Source: Bacteroidota bacterium (GTDB taxonomy: Bacteria; Bacteroidota; Bacteroidia; Bacteroidales; Prolixibacteraceae). Taken from it: a stretch of 64,000 nucleotides of DNA. This document shows, in pieces, positions 37,794 through 47,241 of the stretch; within the stretch, counting starts at the first letter, position 1; each line of letters starts with the position of its first letter. A program made the translations under genes and the position numbers. The notes below the pieces were generated by a model that was not told the origin of the DNA, did no database searches, and worked only from the letters and a program-made list of their open reading frames with translations. The stretch spans positions 29,669 to 93,668 of the forward strand of contig JAJZSZ010000001.1 in the NCBI GenBank assembly GCA_021849365.1, given 5' to 3'.

Positions 37794-39445
37794 TGAACAA
37801 AGAAACCATACAACTCGACATCACAGGAATGACGTGTGAACACTATGCTACAGGCATAGAAAAATTGCTTTCAAAAAATGAAGGTGTTACCGAAGCAAAA
37901 GTGAGTTACCCAAAAGCAGCTTGCGAATGTTCTTTTGACTCTTCCAAAACGAGCAAAGAAGAAATCATCAGCACCATTAACGGAACAAAAAATTATCAGG
38001 TAAAAGATGAAATTCCCCAAAATGGTAGCGGTATCAATAATCAATTTGATCTAATAATCATTGGTGGTGGTTCTGCAGCTTTTTCGGCAGCCATCAAAGC
38101 CGAAAGATTAGGGCTGACTACCTTAATGGTAAATGGTGGTTTGGACTTTGGGGGAACTTGCGTAAATGTTGGTTGTGTGCCCTCAAAAAACTTAATCCGT
38201 GCGGGAGAAACTGCATATCACGCTACCCATTCCAATTTTGCAGGCATCAAACCAAAAGGTGTAGAAATTGATTTTGCTCAAGTTATTAAAGACAAGAAAA
38301 AATTGGTGGCTACACTGCAAGAGAAAAAATATATGGACGTAGTGAGCGATTTTGAAAACCTAAAAATGCTAAAAGGTTGGGCAACATTCAAAGACAATAA
38401 AACCATTGAAGTGGACGGAAAAGAGTTTAAAGCCTTAAAATTCTTGATTGCTACAGGTGCCACGTCCAATATTCCACAAATTGAAGGATTAGACAAAATA
38501 GATTATCTCACTAATGTTTCACTTTTTGACTTGGAAGAAAAACCTGAAAGCCTGACCATAATGGGGGCAGGTTATATTGGGTTGGAAATCGCAATGGCAT
38601 ACAACCGCTTGGGTGTGAAAGTCCGAATCATAGAATTCACAGACAGGGTATTGCGAACCCAAACATCCGACATCAGTGAGGCATTAGAAATCCAAATGCG
38701 TAAAGAAGGTATTGAAATATTACCCAATTTCCGAGCAGTCAAATTTGATAAGCAAGGAGAAGATACCTTGATTTATTGCAAATGTCCCGACGGTTCATTC
38801 ACGAAAATCGTAGAGAAAGGAAAAGTGGTCATTGCTACAGGGACAAAACCCAACACAGATAAATTAGACTTGGAAAATATCGGCTTGAACGTAACCAAAA
38901 GCGGACACATTGCCATAAATGAAAAAATGGAAACCAATGTGCCTAATGTGTATGCAGCCGGAGACGTAACCAATACACCCGCCTTCGTTTACACCGCAGC
39001 TTATGAAGGAAAAATTGCCGTAGAAAATGCCTTCACCGGAGCGCAAAACAAAGCCGACTATTCTTCATTGCCTTGGGTGGTTTTTACTGACCCACAGGTA
39101 GCAGGTGCAGGATTGGACGAAGCGCAGGCAGAAGCCCAAAGCATACCGTTTGAAGTTTCAAAATTGGAATTAAAGGACGTGCCGAGAGCTATCGCAGCGA
39201 ACGACACAAGAGGATTTATAAAACTCATTCGCAGCACAGAAACCGACAAACTGATAGGAGCAAGAGTAGTCGCGCCCGAAGGCGGAGAACTTATCCAACA
39301 ATTAAGTATGGCTATCAAATACGGAATAACTGTGAATGATTTGGCGGACAGCTTTTACCCTTATCTGACTTTGGGAGAAGGCATCAAATTAGCAGCAATC
39401 ACTTTCGGTAAAGACGTTTCCAAATTGAGTTGTTGTGCCAGTTAA
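37793..39445 (+). CDS. merA: mercuric reductase
   Basis: N-terminal HMA-like domain, GGTCVNVGCVPSK, C-terminal LSCCAS. Confidence 0.95.
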   Translation: MNKETIQLDITGMTCEHYATGIEKLLSKNEGVTEAKVSYPKAACECSFDSSKTSKEEIISTINGTKNYQVKDEIPQNGSGINNQFDLIIIGGGSAAFSAAIKAERLGLTTLMVNGGLDFGGTCVNVGCVPSKNLIRAGETAYHATHSNFAGIKPKGVEIDFAQVIKDKKKLVATLQEKKYMDVVSDFENLKMLKGWATFKDNKTIEVDGKEFKALKFLIATGATSNIPQIEGLDKIDYLTNVSLFDLEEKPESLTIMGAGYIGLEIAMAYNRLGVKVRIIEFTDRVLRTQTSDISEALEIQMRKEGIEILPNFRAVKFDKQGEDTLIYCKCPDGSFTKIVEKGKVVIATGTKPNTDKLDLENIGLNVTKSGHIAINEKMETNVPNVYAAGDVTNTPAFVYTAAYEGKIAVENAFTGAQNKADYSSLPWVVFTDPQVAGAGLDEAQAEAQSIPFEVSKLELKDVPRAIAANDTRGFIKLIRSTETDKLIGARVVAPEGGELIQQLSMAIKYGITVNDLADSFYPYLTLGEGIKLAAITFGKDVSKLSCCAS

Positions 39446-39609
39446 TATAGCTTGAAAGATACACACTTCTACAAGCCTCAACAGCAAACACTTAACCAAA
39501 CTTAGACAGAATATTTTCCATTACAGAAAATCCCACTCTTGAACTTTAACCACACCGATTAGAAAAGCGAACAAATACACAACAATATGGTTTGGATGGT
39601 CTAATCCAG

Positions 39610-39793
39610 TCAGGAATAGATTGTTGCCATGGGAACTAATGCATTTTCCATTGTTGCAAATTTTGGAGAAACCAAATCCATATCCTTGTTGATTCTTTTG
39701 GCTGGTGATCTTGGCAACCGCTCCGTTCTTTTTAGTCTCATTTTTCTTTAGGTAGAAAAGCAGCCTATACGTTGACCACTTCGACTGTTCCAT
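39610..39793 (-). pseudogene. internally deleted tyrosine integrase
   Basis: STYRLLFYLKKNETKKNG arm-binding start joined to AKITSQK and, after a frameshift, INKDMD C-terminus. Confidence 0.7.
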
Positions 39794-39846
39794 AACTCAA
39801 TTGTTTAATGTTTAAAAGTTTTTTTGATTTTTTTTCATAAACATAA

Positions 39847-39878
39847 AAAGTTTGATGAAACCAAGTTCATCAAACTTT
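39847..39878. repeat. 13-bp inverted repeat upstream of the integrase relic
   Basis: AAAGTTTGATGAA-ACCAAG-TTCATCAAACTTT. Confidence 0.6.
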
Positions 39879-40317
39879 ATGCATTATCAATGTTGATTAG
39901 CCTTTTAGAGCTTTTTACCAACCATTTTTGACTAATATGCCTTAATCGGATAATGGAATCCATCCGTTGATAAAAGGATGGGTTCCATTGCCGTCAATAA
40001 ATTTACTCCCGACTTGTTGTGTGTGGTTATCATGCATTAATTAGTTCATAATTAAAAATATGCGGTGACGTTGAATAAAAGGGATTAAGTGAAATATGGA
40101 AAAATTCAAAGGGAGTACAAATTATACTTACTTATAAAAACCATTATTTGCACGTTCAGTCGAAGGGGTTAATGTCGAAGTCATCACGAACAAAAACGAT
40201 TTCATTCCATTAATTAATTGATTTGCAAATCTATTAGTAAAACCCAAATACGATAACTTGAACCTGCTCTTTTTCGAATAAGTGTACAAAAATTAACGTT
40301 GATATACTTCCTTACGC

Positions 40318-40899
40318 TTACTTTTTAGTCCCCTGGAATTCCATCGTTATACTATTGTTCCGATCATTCATAAGGAAACGATACCCGAAAGAGTTATTCA
40401 TTTTGTTGAAACCTCCATAATGCATGTCACCTGTGGTGTGTTCACTTGTCATGTGGTTCTGCCAGGTTGTTCCGCTGCTAGTACTCCCCATCATCCCACT
40501 GGATGTATTTCCACCCATCATTCCACCCGTTGTTTGTCCCTGACCCATCATCCCTCCAGTTGAGTGCCCTTGACCCATCATGTGACCATAGGTGTTTTGA
40601 AAGTCGCTCCCGGTAAGGCATACCATAACGCTATCCTTGTCATCGTAGTAATTAAGCATAAAAGTAGTATCAATACTTGCGCCATAGCAATGAACCTGAA
40701 TTAACCCTTCACTTTCCCCTGAAATGTCAGTCGTAGCAGTGTTCGTTGCTGTAATCACTCCGCTGGCGCTTTTCGTTGTTAAAGTGCCTACATAACTACC
40801 TGCAATATTCTGTGGCTCGGAAAGCTCGTCCTTTTGACATGAAGCCAACATTGTAAAAGCCAACACTGCACAAAATCCGATGTTTTTTAATTGTTCCAT
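40318..40899 (-). CDS. lipoprotein with Met/Gly/His-rich region (copy 2)
   Basis: same length as 35435..36016 with few substitutions. Confidence 0.8.
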   Translation of the reverse strand: MEQLKNIGFCAVLAFTMLASCQKDELSEPQNIAGSYVGTLTTKSASGVITATNTATTDISGESEGLIQVHCYGASIDTTFMLNYYDDKDSVMVCLTGSDFQNTYGHMMGQGHSTGGMMGQGQTTGGMMGGNTSSGMMGSTSSGTTWQNHMTSEHTTGDMHYGGFNKMNNSFGYRFLMNDRNNSITMEFQGTKK

Positions 40900-40926
40900 T
40901 TTTTGATTTGATTTAAATTATACACT

Positions 40927-40956
40927 TACTCCATGTAACTGTAAACAAACCCTACC
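40927..40956 (-). promoter_or_regulatory. candidate ECF promoter (copy 2)
   Basis: GGTAGGG-N15-ATGGAGTA. Confidence 0.7.
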
Positions 40957-40998
40957 ATGAATTATCTTTTTTTTACAAGCTATTGTTCAGGACAAAAA

Positions 40999-43542
40999 CT
41001 ATAACTGAACCTTCAAAAAAATGGTTGGAGAGAAAGGCAAAGCACCGGAGTATATATTTGCAAAATCTGACACCCCGGTTTCTACGCGCTTTAAATTGTC
41101 GTATTTTATGTTTTGACGATTGAATACATTTAATACCGATAGACCGATATCCCCGAAAATCCTCTTGGTGGCAAACTTATACACTACTCCTGCATCAAAC
41201 CGTTTGTATGAAGGCCCGGCTGAATTTCCCGTTGCGTAATTTCTAAGTATTTCGAAACCAGAACCATACACATAATTAGTCGAAAAATAGAATGATTTAA
41301 GATTATAGATGGCTGCTACTTTTAACTCATGCCGTTGATCCTGCGGCGCCGGGCGGTACAGTCCGGGAGTATCGAACGATAGGTTTTCATCTGCTTTGCT
41401 TAGGCTGTATGCAATCCATGCAATATTCTTTTTGTATTCTTTTTTCACATAAAGATCAATCCCGTAGCTTCTGCCGATTCCTGAATAAAATCCTTTTTCA
41501 ATTTCTCCGGAACCTTTAAAAAAACGGGTTAGTCCGGTAGTATTTTTATAGTAACCTTCTGCACTAAACAAAAAATCATTTCGGCAAAACGAAATACCAC
41601 CCACATAATGGGCCGATGCCTGCACCGGATAGGATTTCCCATCGCTATTCAACCAATAATACGAATAATTAAGGTTTTCATCTACAAATGACATTTTTGA
41701 CAAAAACTGGTGATACTTCCCCCATGAGGCATAGATTTTCAATGGTTCCGAGAAAGTAAATTTGACAGAAATACGAGGATCAATATAAAAATCATTGGAG
41801 AGGTTTTCATATATGGTCCTAACTCCGGGCGTAATTTTCAACTTTCTACCAGCCGAAATTGAGTTTTGAAGAAATGCAAACCACTTGTGAGAAGTAGTAT
41901 TCACGGCAATTTCATCGATGTTGTTTGATGTTTGCGAAAAAAGTACCTGATTAGCCTGCCAGCCTATGCCTGTTTCAAAATTGTTTTCGGCGAAAATCGA
42001 GAAATTGTCTGTTAATTCAGCCCCGGCTTCACTCACTTTGTTTGCATTCGATAATTCTTTCATCGAATGTCCAGGCATTTCATGCATAGAATTCGTCATT
42101 GCATTATTTTCCAGCGATGAATTCTTCAATGACGAATAGTTTATCTTTAACTGCAAATTATGAGTCCCTCCCAATGGTTTGGAAAATTGGAGGGAACTTC
42201 CGATTTGTTTGTTTTTTTCAAACAGATTGTTATTTACCTGATGATTATTATAATTCCCGTCAACATTGTAGCCAAACCTATCTCCTCCAATGTAAAGGCC
42301 TGCAGAAACAGTTTCCTTTTTATCCCCGCGAAAGGTATATTTCAGATTAAAATCATTGAATTTGTAATCGGGAACAACTAGCACATCAACCATATTTTCG
42401 GTGCTTTGATCCATGTTATGTCCTGAATTTCCGGTTCCCATAGCTGAATTTCCGTTAAAACCGAGTTTTGCAGGATTGTATAGTTCATAGTATGTTTTGC
42501 GGAACGATGCCAGTATTGATGACCTTTTATTCAACGGCAGTTCGCCCAAAGCATTGACTGTTGAACTATTAATATTAAGTGTGATCGACGGTTTGAAAAG
42601 ATTACCATTTTTACCCGTAATTTGGACAATTCCTCCTACTCTGTCGTCGAAACTTGCGCCATATCCCCCTTTTTGTATTCGAATAGCTTTTGCAAGAAGA
42701 GGGTTAACCACGCCAATATCGTCACTATGGCTTTTAAGTCCAAAGATTGTAAATCCGTCAAATTCAATTTTGGTTTGGCCTTCATAACTACCCCAAACCA
42801 AAGGATCAGACGCTTGTTCGCCCGATGCAAGAAGTCCGGGAAGTAGCCGTAAAACGTTGTAAACCGAATTGTCGCCATACCCAGGCAAATAAGGAGCAAT
42901 AGTGTGATTCACGCTGATAGTTCCAGGCACATCGCCAATCATCGTTGATTTTTCGATTGTCAATCCTTCGATTTTAACTTCCTTCAATTCGGTTACAGAA
43001 GGAGTGAGGAGAAACTTCCGGTTGAAACTTTGACTAAAAATTGTATCGTAAACAAAATATCCGAGGTGTGAAATTTGGATGTTCAGTTTTGCATCGGCTG
43101 AAGCTAACAAGTTAAAATTGCCATTTTGGTCGGCTTGCACCTGCTTATTGTTAATAAAAATATACGAAAACGGAAGTGGTTCGAAAGTTCCGGCTTCAAC
43201 AACCTGTCCTCCAACTTTTATCAATTTTGAGGCTTCCTTTGTTATAGGGCGTGAGGAGAAAATAACAAAAACCTTCCCGTTTTTCTCATACGAAAAAGGT
43301 AGCCCCTTCAATAAATATGAAACCGCTTCTTCCCGAGTTTCAAATTCGCGACTGCAAGTAACTGAATACCCGGCCAGTAACTGGTCGTTGAATGTAAATT
43401 CCAGTCCATATTTATCCCGCAATTCAAAAAACACCTGGTTCAATGGAATTCCCGTAACGTCAATTTTTATTTTTGGTGGTTGGGCATATAAACAATTCCA
43501 AAGAGCCATTAATAAAATTACCAACAGTAATTTTTTTTTCAC
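40999..43542 (-). CDS. TonB-dependent transducer with N-terminal signalling (STN-like) domain
   Basis: PLNQVFFELRDKYGLEF signalling domain, KGGYGASFDDRVGGIV plug; Met/His-rich inserts. Confidence 0.85.
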   Translation of the reverse strand: MKKKLLLVILLMALWNCLYAQPPKIKIDVTGIPLNQVFFELRDKYGLEFTFNDQLLAGYSVTCSREFETREEAVSYLLKGLPFSYEKNGKVFVIFSSRPITKEASKLIKVGGQVVEAGTFEPLPFSYIFINNKQVQADQNGNFNLLASADAKLNIQISHLGYFVYDTIFSQSFNRKFLLTPSVTELKEVKIEGLTIEKSTMIGDVPGTISVNHTIAPYLPGYGDNSVYNVLRLLPGLLASGEQASDPLVWGSYEGQTKIEFDGFTIFGLKSHSDDIGVVNPLLAKAIRIQKGGYGASFDDRVGGIVQITGKNGNLFKPSITLNINSSTVNALGELPLNKRSSILASFRKTYYELYNPAKLGFNGNSAMGTGNSGHNMDQSTENMVDVLVVPDYKFNDFNLKYTFRGDKKETVSAGLYIGGDRFGYNVDGNYNNHQVNNNLFEKNKQIGSSLQFSKPLGGTHNLQLKINYSSLKNSSLENNAMTNSMHEMPGHSMKELSNANKVSEAGAELTDNFSIFAENNFETGIGWQANQVLFSQTSNNIDEIAVNTTSHKWFAFLQNSISAGRKLKITPGVRTIYENLSNDFYIDPRISVKFTFSEPLKIYASWGKYHQFLSKMSFVDENLNYSYYWLNSDGKSYPVQASAHYVGGISFCRNDFLFSAEGYYKNTTGLTRFFKGSGEIEKGFYSGIGRSYGIDLYVKKEYKKNIAWIAYSLSKADENLSFDTPGLYRPAPQDQRHELKVAAIYNLKSFYFSTNYVYGSGFEILRNYATGNSAGPSYKRFDAGVVYKFATKRIFGDIGLSVLNVFNRQNIKYDNLKRVETGVSDFANIYSGALPFSPTIFLKVQL

Positions 43543-44408
43543 TTATTATTATTGCTTTTAGTTATCCGATAGTTTTTATCAGAAAGTTTAACAAAATCAT
43601 ATCCCAGAGGCTTACATACCATCGTCAGTATTTTGTCAAGGTCTGGCTCTTTACGAAAACTTATTGAAATCACGCCAGTTAAGCGCTGGTCGGAAGTAAT
43701 ATTAACACCAAACTGCCGTTCAATTTCACTGATAACTTCGGGAAAAGGCGCAGAGGAAAATAAAAACCTATCTTCACGCCAGGAGATTATATTTTCGGGC
43801 TGGCTGTGAGTTTCCGGGCTCGTCAGTTTTCCTGCTTGAATAGCTACACGTTGGTTAGGAAGCAAAATCACCGATTCTCCCGTCAGGGATTTAACATTCA
43901 CCTTCCCGGTTAGACACAGAACATGGTACGAATCATCGCGTGAGAAAATATTAAATGTAGTTCCAAGCACTGATGTTTCGCCCAACTTAGACTTAACCGT
44001 GAATTTTTCCCCTTTCTGTACTGAAAAGAATGCTTCGCCGTCCAGTTCTAATTTTCTTTGGAAATACCAACGCCACGGATAATATTTCAGCCTGGTTTCG
44101 GCATTCATTTCTACCCTCGATCCATCAGGAAGTTGTGCCGTTAAATGTCTTCCTGCGGGACAATATATGGTTTTCGTATAAAATACAGATGCTAAAGTTA
44201 AACTAACAACAATAAGCAATGATGCGGCGATTACCAACCGGATTATTGTTCTTGAGAACGAAACGACTTTGGCTTGAGGTTGCCCCATAATCCCTTCAAA
44301 GTTATCCCTGAATATGGATTCTTTATTCTGCCGCCACTCTATTTTTGCCCGTGCAAACAATTCAATGGTTTCGGCGTCAATTTCTTGTATTTCGTTCTTA
44401 TCTATCAT
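43539..44408 (-). CDS. FecR-family anti-sigma factor
   Basis: LPDGSRVEMN, LDGEAFF, VLGTTFN, one TM helix. Confidence 0.92.
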   Translation of the reverse strand: MIDKNEIQEIDAETIELFARAKIEWRQNKESIFRDNFEGIMGQPQAKVVSFSRTIIRLVIAASLLIVVSLTLASVFYTKTIYCPAGRHLTAQLPDGSRVEMNAETRLKYYPWRWYFQRKLELDGEAFFSVQKGEKFTVKSKLGETSVLGTTFNIFSRDDSYHVLCLTGKVNVKSLTGESVILLPNQRVAIQAGKLTSPETHSQPENIISWREDRFLFSSAPFPEVISEIERQFGVNITSDQRLTGVISISFRKEPDLDKILTMVCKPLGYDFVKLSDKNYRITKSNNNK

Positions 44409-44409
44409 T

Positions 44410-44901
44410 TCAATTTTCAGCCATTAATGCATTTCTAAGATAATTTAAAGCATTTCCCATGCGTTTTTCAACGGCTTTAACCCCGAGCCCTAATCTTTCG
44501 GCAATTTCCCTATATTGAAGCCCATCAATTCGGCTCATAAGAAAAACTGAACGTTGAATCTCCGGCATATTCTCAATAAGCATCGTATATTTTTCATTTA
44601 ATTGTTTAAATGTAAGTAGTTCTTCAGGCGAATAATCGTGCAGGTCAAAACGGATGTTTTCAAATACCTTTTTTGTTCTTTTCTGGTGATGAAATTTGTT
44701 AACGTACATATCAGAAGCCATTTTAAACAATAAACCTGTCACTTGGCTCATTACAATTGAATCGCGCTTCTCCCATAATTTCATGAAACAATCCTGCGCA
44801 ATATCAGTGGCAAGATCCACATCCCCACACCGATAATAAATGCAACTCCGGAGTTCATCGAATTTCTGGTCAAATATTTTTTTGAATTCTTGATTGTCCA
44901 A
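44410..44901 (-). CDS. ECF sigma-70 factor
   Basis: DIAQDCFMKLW, YREIAERLG, AVEKRM; TTG start. Confidence 0.92.
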   Translation of the reverse strand: MDNQEFKKIFDQKFDELRSCIYYRCGDVDLATDIAQDCFMKLWEKRDSIVMSQVTGLLFKMASDMYVNKFHHQKRTKKVFENIRFDLHDYSPEELLTFKQLNEKYTMLIENMPEIQRSVFLMSRIDGLQYREIAERLGLGVKAVEKRMGNALNYLRNALMAEN

Positions 44902-45099
44902 AATAGCGTTACTTTTTTAGGGGAATAAACAAACCTGAAAAAGCATTGTTCTCAAAATCTAAAACATAGTCCTTAACCATCATACTACACCAAAGGTAAA
45001 TCAGAGCTTTTATCACAAACATCTGTAAATAAAGAAAATACAAGCGTCATTAAACCGATTATTCTTTCATGATTGACTTTTATTTATCCTGTTTTATGA

Positions 45100-45129
45100 T
45101 ACTCCATATAATCAAGCATGAACCCTACC
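45100..45129 (-). promoter_or_regulatory. candidate ECF promoter upstream of the sigma gene (copy 3)
   Basis: GGTAGGG-N15-ATGGAGTA outside the duplicated segment. Confidence 0.7.
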
Positions 45130-45263
45130 AGTTTCTAAATTTTAGTTAAAAAAAAACAAAGCTTAGGGTGATAATTTTACGGGAAGGAGCAATCAATGTC
45201 TAAAAGTTCGATTGCGGTGGGTATATATAAGTAATTATAACACAGTATTTTAAATAAAAAATA

Positions 45264-45302
45264 TAAATCTTTTCCCAGGTCCATTGGCCGGGAAAAGATT
45301 TA
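45264..45302 (-). terminator. terminator after the HMA gene array
   Basis: TAAATCTTTTCCC/GGGAAAAGATTTA stem, T-rich tail on the minus strand. Confidence 0.7.
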
Positions 45303-45312
45303 AAATGCTTTG

Positions 45313-45720
45313 TTAATGCATGTGACCCTGGTGTTCATCCATCTTCATTTTCTCCTTTGCAGGTGCTTTTGCCGGAGCAAACGAAGTAGCACGGTCGTAT
45401 TTGCAGCACGATGGCAGTTTAGTGTAGGCCTCGTTGCTTGCTTTCTGTGTTTGTGTATCATGACCAACCATTGCAATTGCCATTTCAACTTTTTGTGCGT
45501 CTGTTTTAGCTGCGTCAAAAACAACGGTCATCATCTTGGTCTCCTTGTTCCAGTCAACCGAAGCTACTCCCTGAACAAGCCTGGCCGCAGTCTCAACTCG
45601 TTTTTTACACATATCGCAATTTCCATACACCTTGAAGCTTTCAGTTTTGTTTTCGGCAAACAGATTCTGAACACCCAGCAGCAAAACTGCCGCAAATAAC
45701 ATTACAATAATCTTTTTCAT
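45313..45720 (-). CDS. exported HMA-domain metallochaperone
   Basis: signal peptide, GNCDMC, LPSCCKY, Met/His tail. Confidence 0.88.
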   Translation of the reverse strand: MKKIIVMLFAAVLLLGVQNLFAENKTESFKVYGNCDMCKKRVETAARLVQGVASVDWNKETKMMTVVFDAAKTDAQKVEMAIAMVGHDTQTQKASNEAYTKLPSCCKYDRATSFAPAKAPAKEKMKMDEHQGHMH

Positions 45721-45800
45721 TTTTGTTTATTTATAAATTTAAGAATATTACACATGCATAACTGATTATCAATCACCTCGAATAATTCAAATAACCGCAA

Positions 45801-46175
45801 TTATCTGTGTTCATACTTCATTGGTTTCACAGGAGCCTTTAGTACTGAACGGTCATATTTACAACATGCCGGAAGTTCATTGTAGGCTTCTTCAGTTGCT
45901 TTCACGCCTTCTGTGTCGTGACCAACTTTAGCAATTGCTTCCTTCACATTTTGCAAACTGGTTTTGGCATCATTGAGTGTTACTTCAATTTCCTTGGTTT
46001 CTTTGTTCCAGTCCGCTTTTGAAACACCTTCCAACGATAGAGCGGCCATCTCAATACGTTTTTCACACATCTCACATTTCCCATTCACCAAAAACTTTTC
46101 TGATTTGATTTTTGCAAATCCAGATAATGTTCCCATTAGGATCACTACCACTACACTTAAAACTTTTGTTTTCAT
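45801..46175 (-). CDS. exported HMA-domain metallochaperone
   Basis: GKCEMC, LPACCKY. Confidence 0.88.
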   Translation of the reverse strand: MKTKVLSVVVVILMGTLSGFAKIKSEKFLVNGKCEMCEKRIEMAALSLEGVSKADWNKETKEIEVTLNDAKTSLQNVKEAIAKVGHDTEGVKATEEAYNELPACCKYDRSVLKAPVKPMKYEHR

Positions 46176-46205
46176 ACGAATTAATTTAAAGGATTAAACT
46201 ACTTA

Positions 46206-46622
46206 TTATTTATTATCACAGCATGAGCCCGACTTTTCAATCTTATTGTAAATGCTTTCACCTGTGCCATGAGTATTTCTTTTTCGGTTTGGGTCGCGCT
46301 TGTATTTGCAACATTCGGGAAGTTTATTATAGCCTGATTCGCTTGCACTAAACATTTCTGTATCATGGCCAGCCATTGTTATAGAAGTTTGTATCTTTTG
46401 CATGGTTGTTTTTTTGTCATCGTAATTTACCGTCAGGCTTTTGTTTGATTTATCCCATTGGGCAGATACAACACCATCCAAGGTCTTTGCCGCCTTTTCA
46501 ATACGATTTTCACACATGTTGCATTGGCCATTTACTTTAACCTTTTCAAGTTTAGTTGTAGCCTGAATGGTTAACGCACTAAACATCGAAATCACGATTG
46601 TACTTGCTAATTTGATTCTCAT
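46206..46622 (-). CDS. exported HMA-domain metallochaperone
   Basis: GQCNMC, LPECCKY, terminal SCC. Confidence 0.88.
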   Translation of the reverse strand: MRIKLASTIVISMFSALTIQATTKLEKVKVNGQCNMCENRIEKAAKTLDGVVSAQWDKSNKSLTVNYDDKKTTMQKIQTSITMAGHDTEMFSASESGYNKLPECCKYKRDPNRKRNTHGTGESIYNKIEKSGSCCDNK

Positions 46623-46640
46623 TTTGTGTCAATATTTGCG

Positions 46641-47084
46641 TTATTTAATATGATTATAGTTTTCTTCAGATTCAAAATAGCTCACTTTCCCATTCGATTT
46701 TTTGGTCAAAACAATGAAAGCTTTTGACTTCTTGATCCGGTGGTGAGAATACTCGTCAACAGCAAATTGAGAATCATGAAGATTAAGTTTTAGTTTATCT
46801 CCACACATTTGACAACAGACGTAATAGGTTTCACCTTCAATTAATACTGCTTTCGTAGGCCTTGTTTTAATGTCATTGCCAAACATGCATATCTGTTGCG
46901 CATCTAATTTTTTGTTTGCAAGTTTTGCAAGCATTCGCTCCTGATAAATATCGTATCTGAAATAACTATTGTAACCAAACCAGGATGCAAATGCAAAAAA
47001 CAAAATCATACCCACGAGGAATAAGCGGTCGAACCACTTATCCTTTACAATCTGGCGTTTTTGCGCTTCTGTTAATTTTTTCAT
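46641..47084 (-). CDS. membrane-anchored YHS/TRASH-like protein, paralog of 5273..5740
   Basis: ICMFGN, EGETYYVCCQMC. Confidence 0.7.
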   Translation of the reverse strand: MKKLTEAQKRQIVKDKWFDRLFLVGMILFFAFASWFGYNSYFRYDIYQERMLAKLANKKLDAQQICMFGNDIKTRPTKAVLIEGETYYVCCQMCGDKLKLNLHDSQFAVDEYSHHRIKKSKAFIVLTKKSNGKVSYFESEENYNHIK

Positions 47085-47241
47085 CTGATTATAATTTGTT
47101 TTTTAATTGCCTTATGGAACTCGCCAGCGATAATCATGCGTCTGTGTGATATTATCCTCATGGCTCGTTTCATAACTTATTCGTTTTTACACGTTGAGTT
47201 TACCCTTGTAAATCGTAGGGAAATTTAAAGGTTCTTGCTGT

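Larger units (their letters stand above)
40225..41114. repeat. right copy of ~890-bp imperfect direct repeat
   Basis: collinear with 35342..36232. Confidence 0.92.

Noticed and set aside
44905-45070. Small ORF between the ECF promoter motif and the sigma gene
   Set aside because: Stops after three codons; at best a decayed signal-peptide gene
47081-47173. 30-aa ORF overlapping the next start by ATGA
   Set aside because: No motif or other support; could be chance
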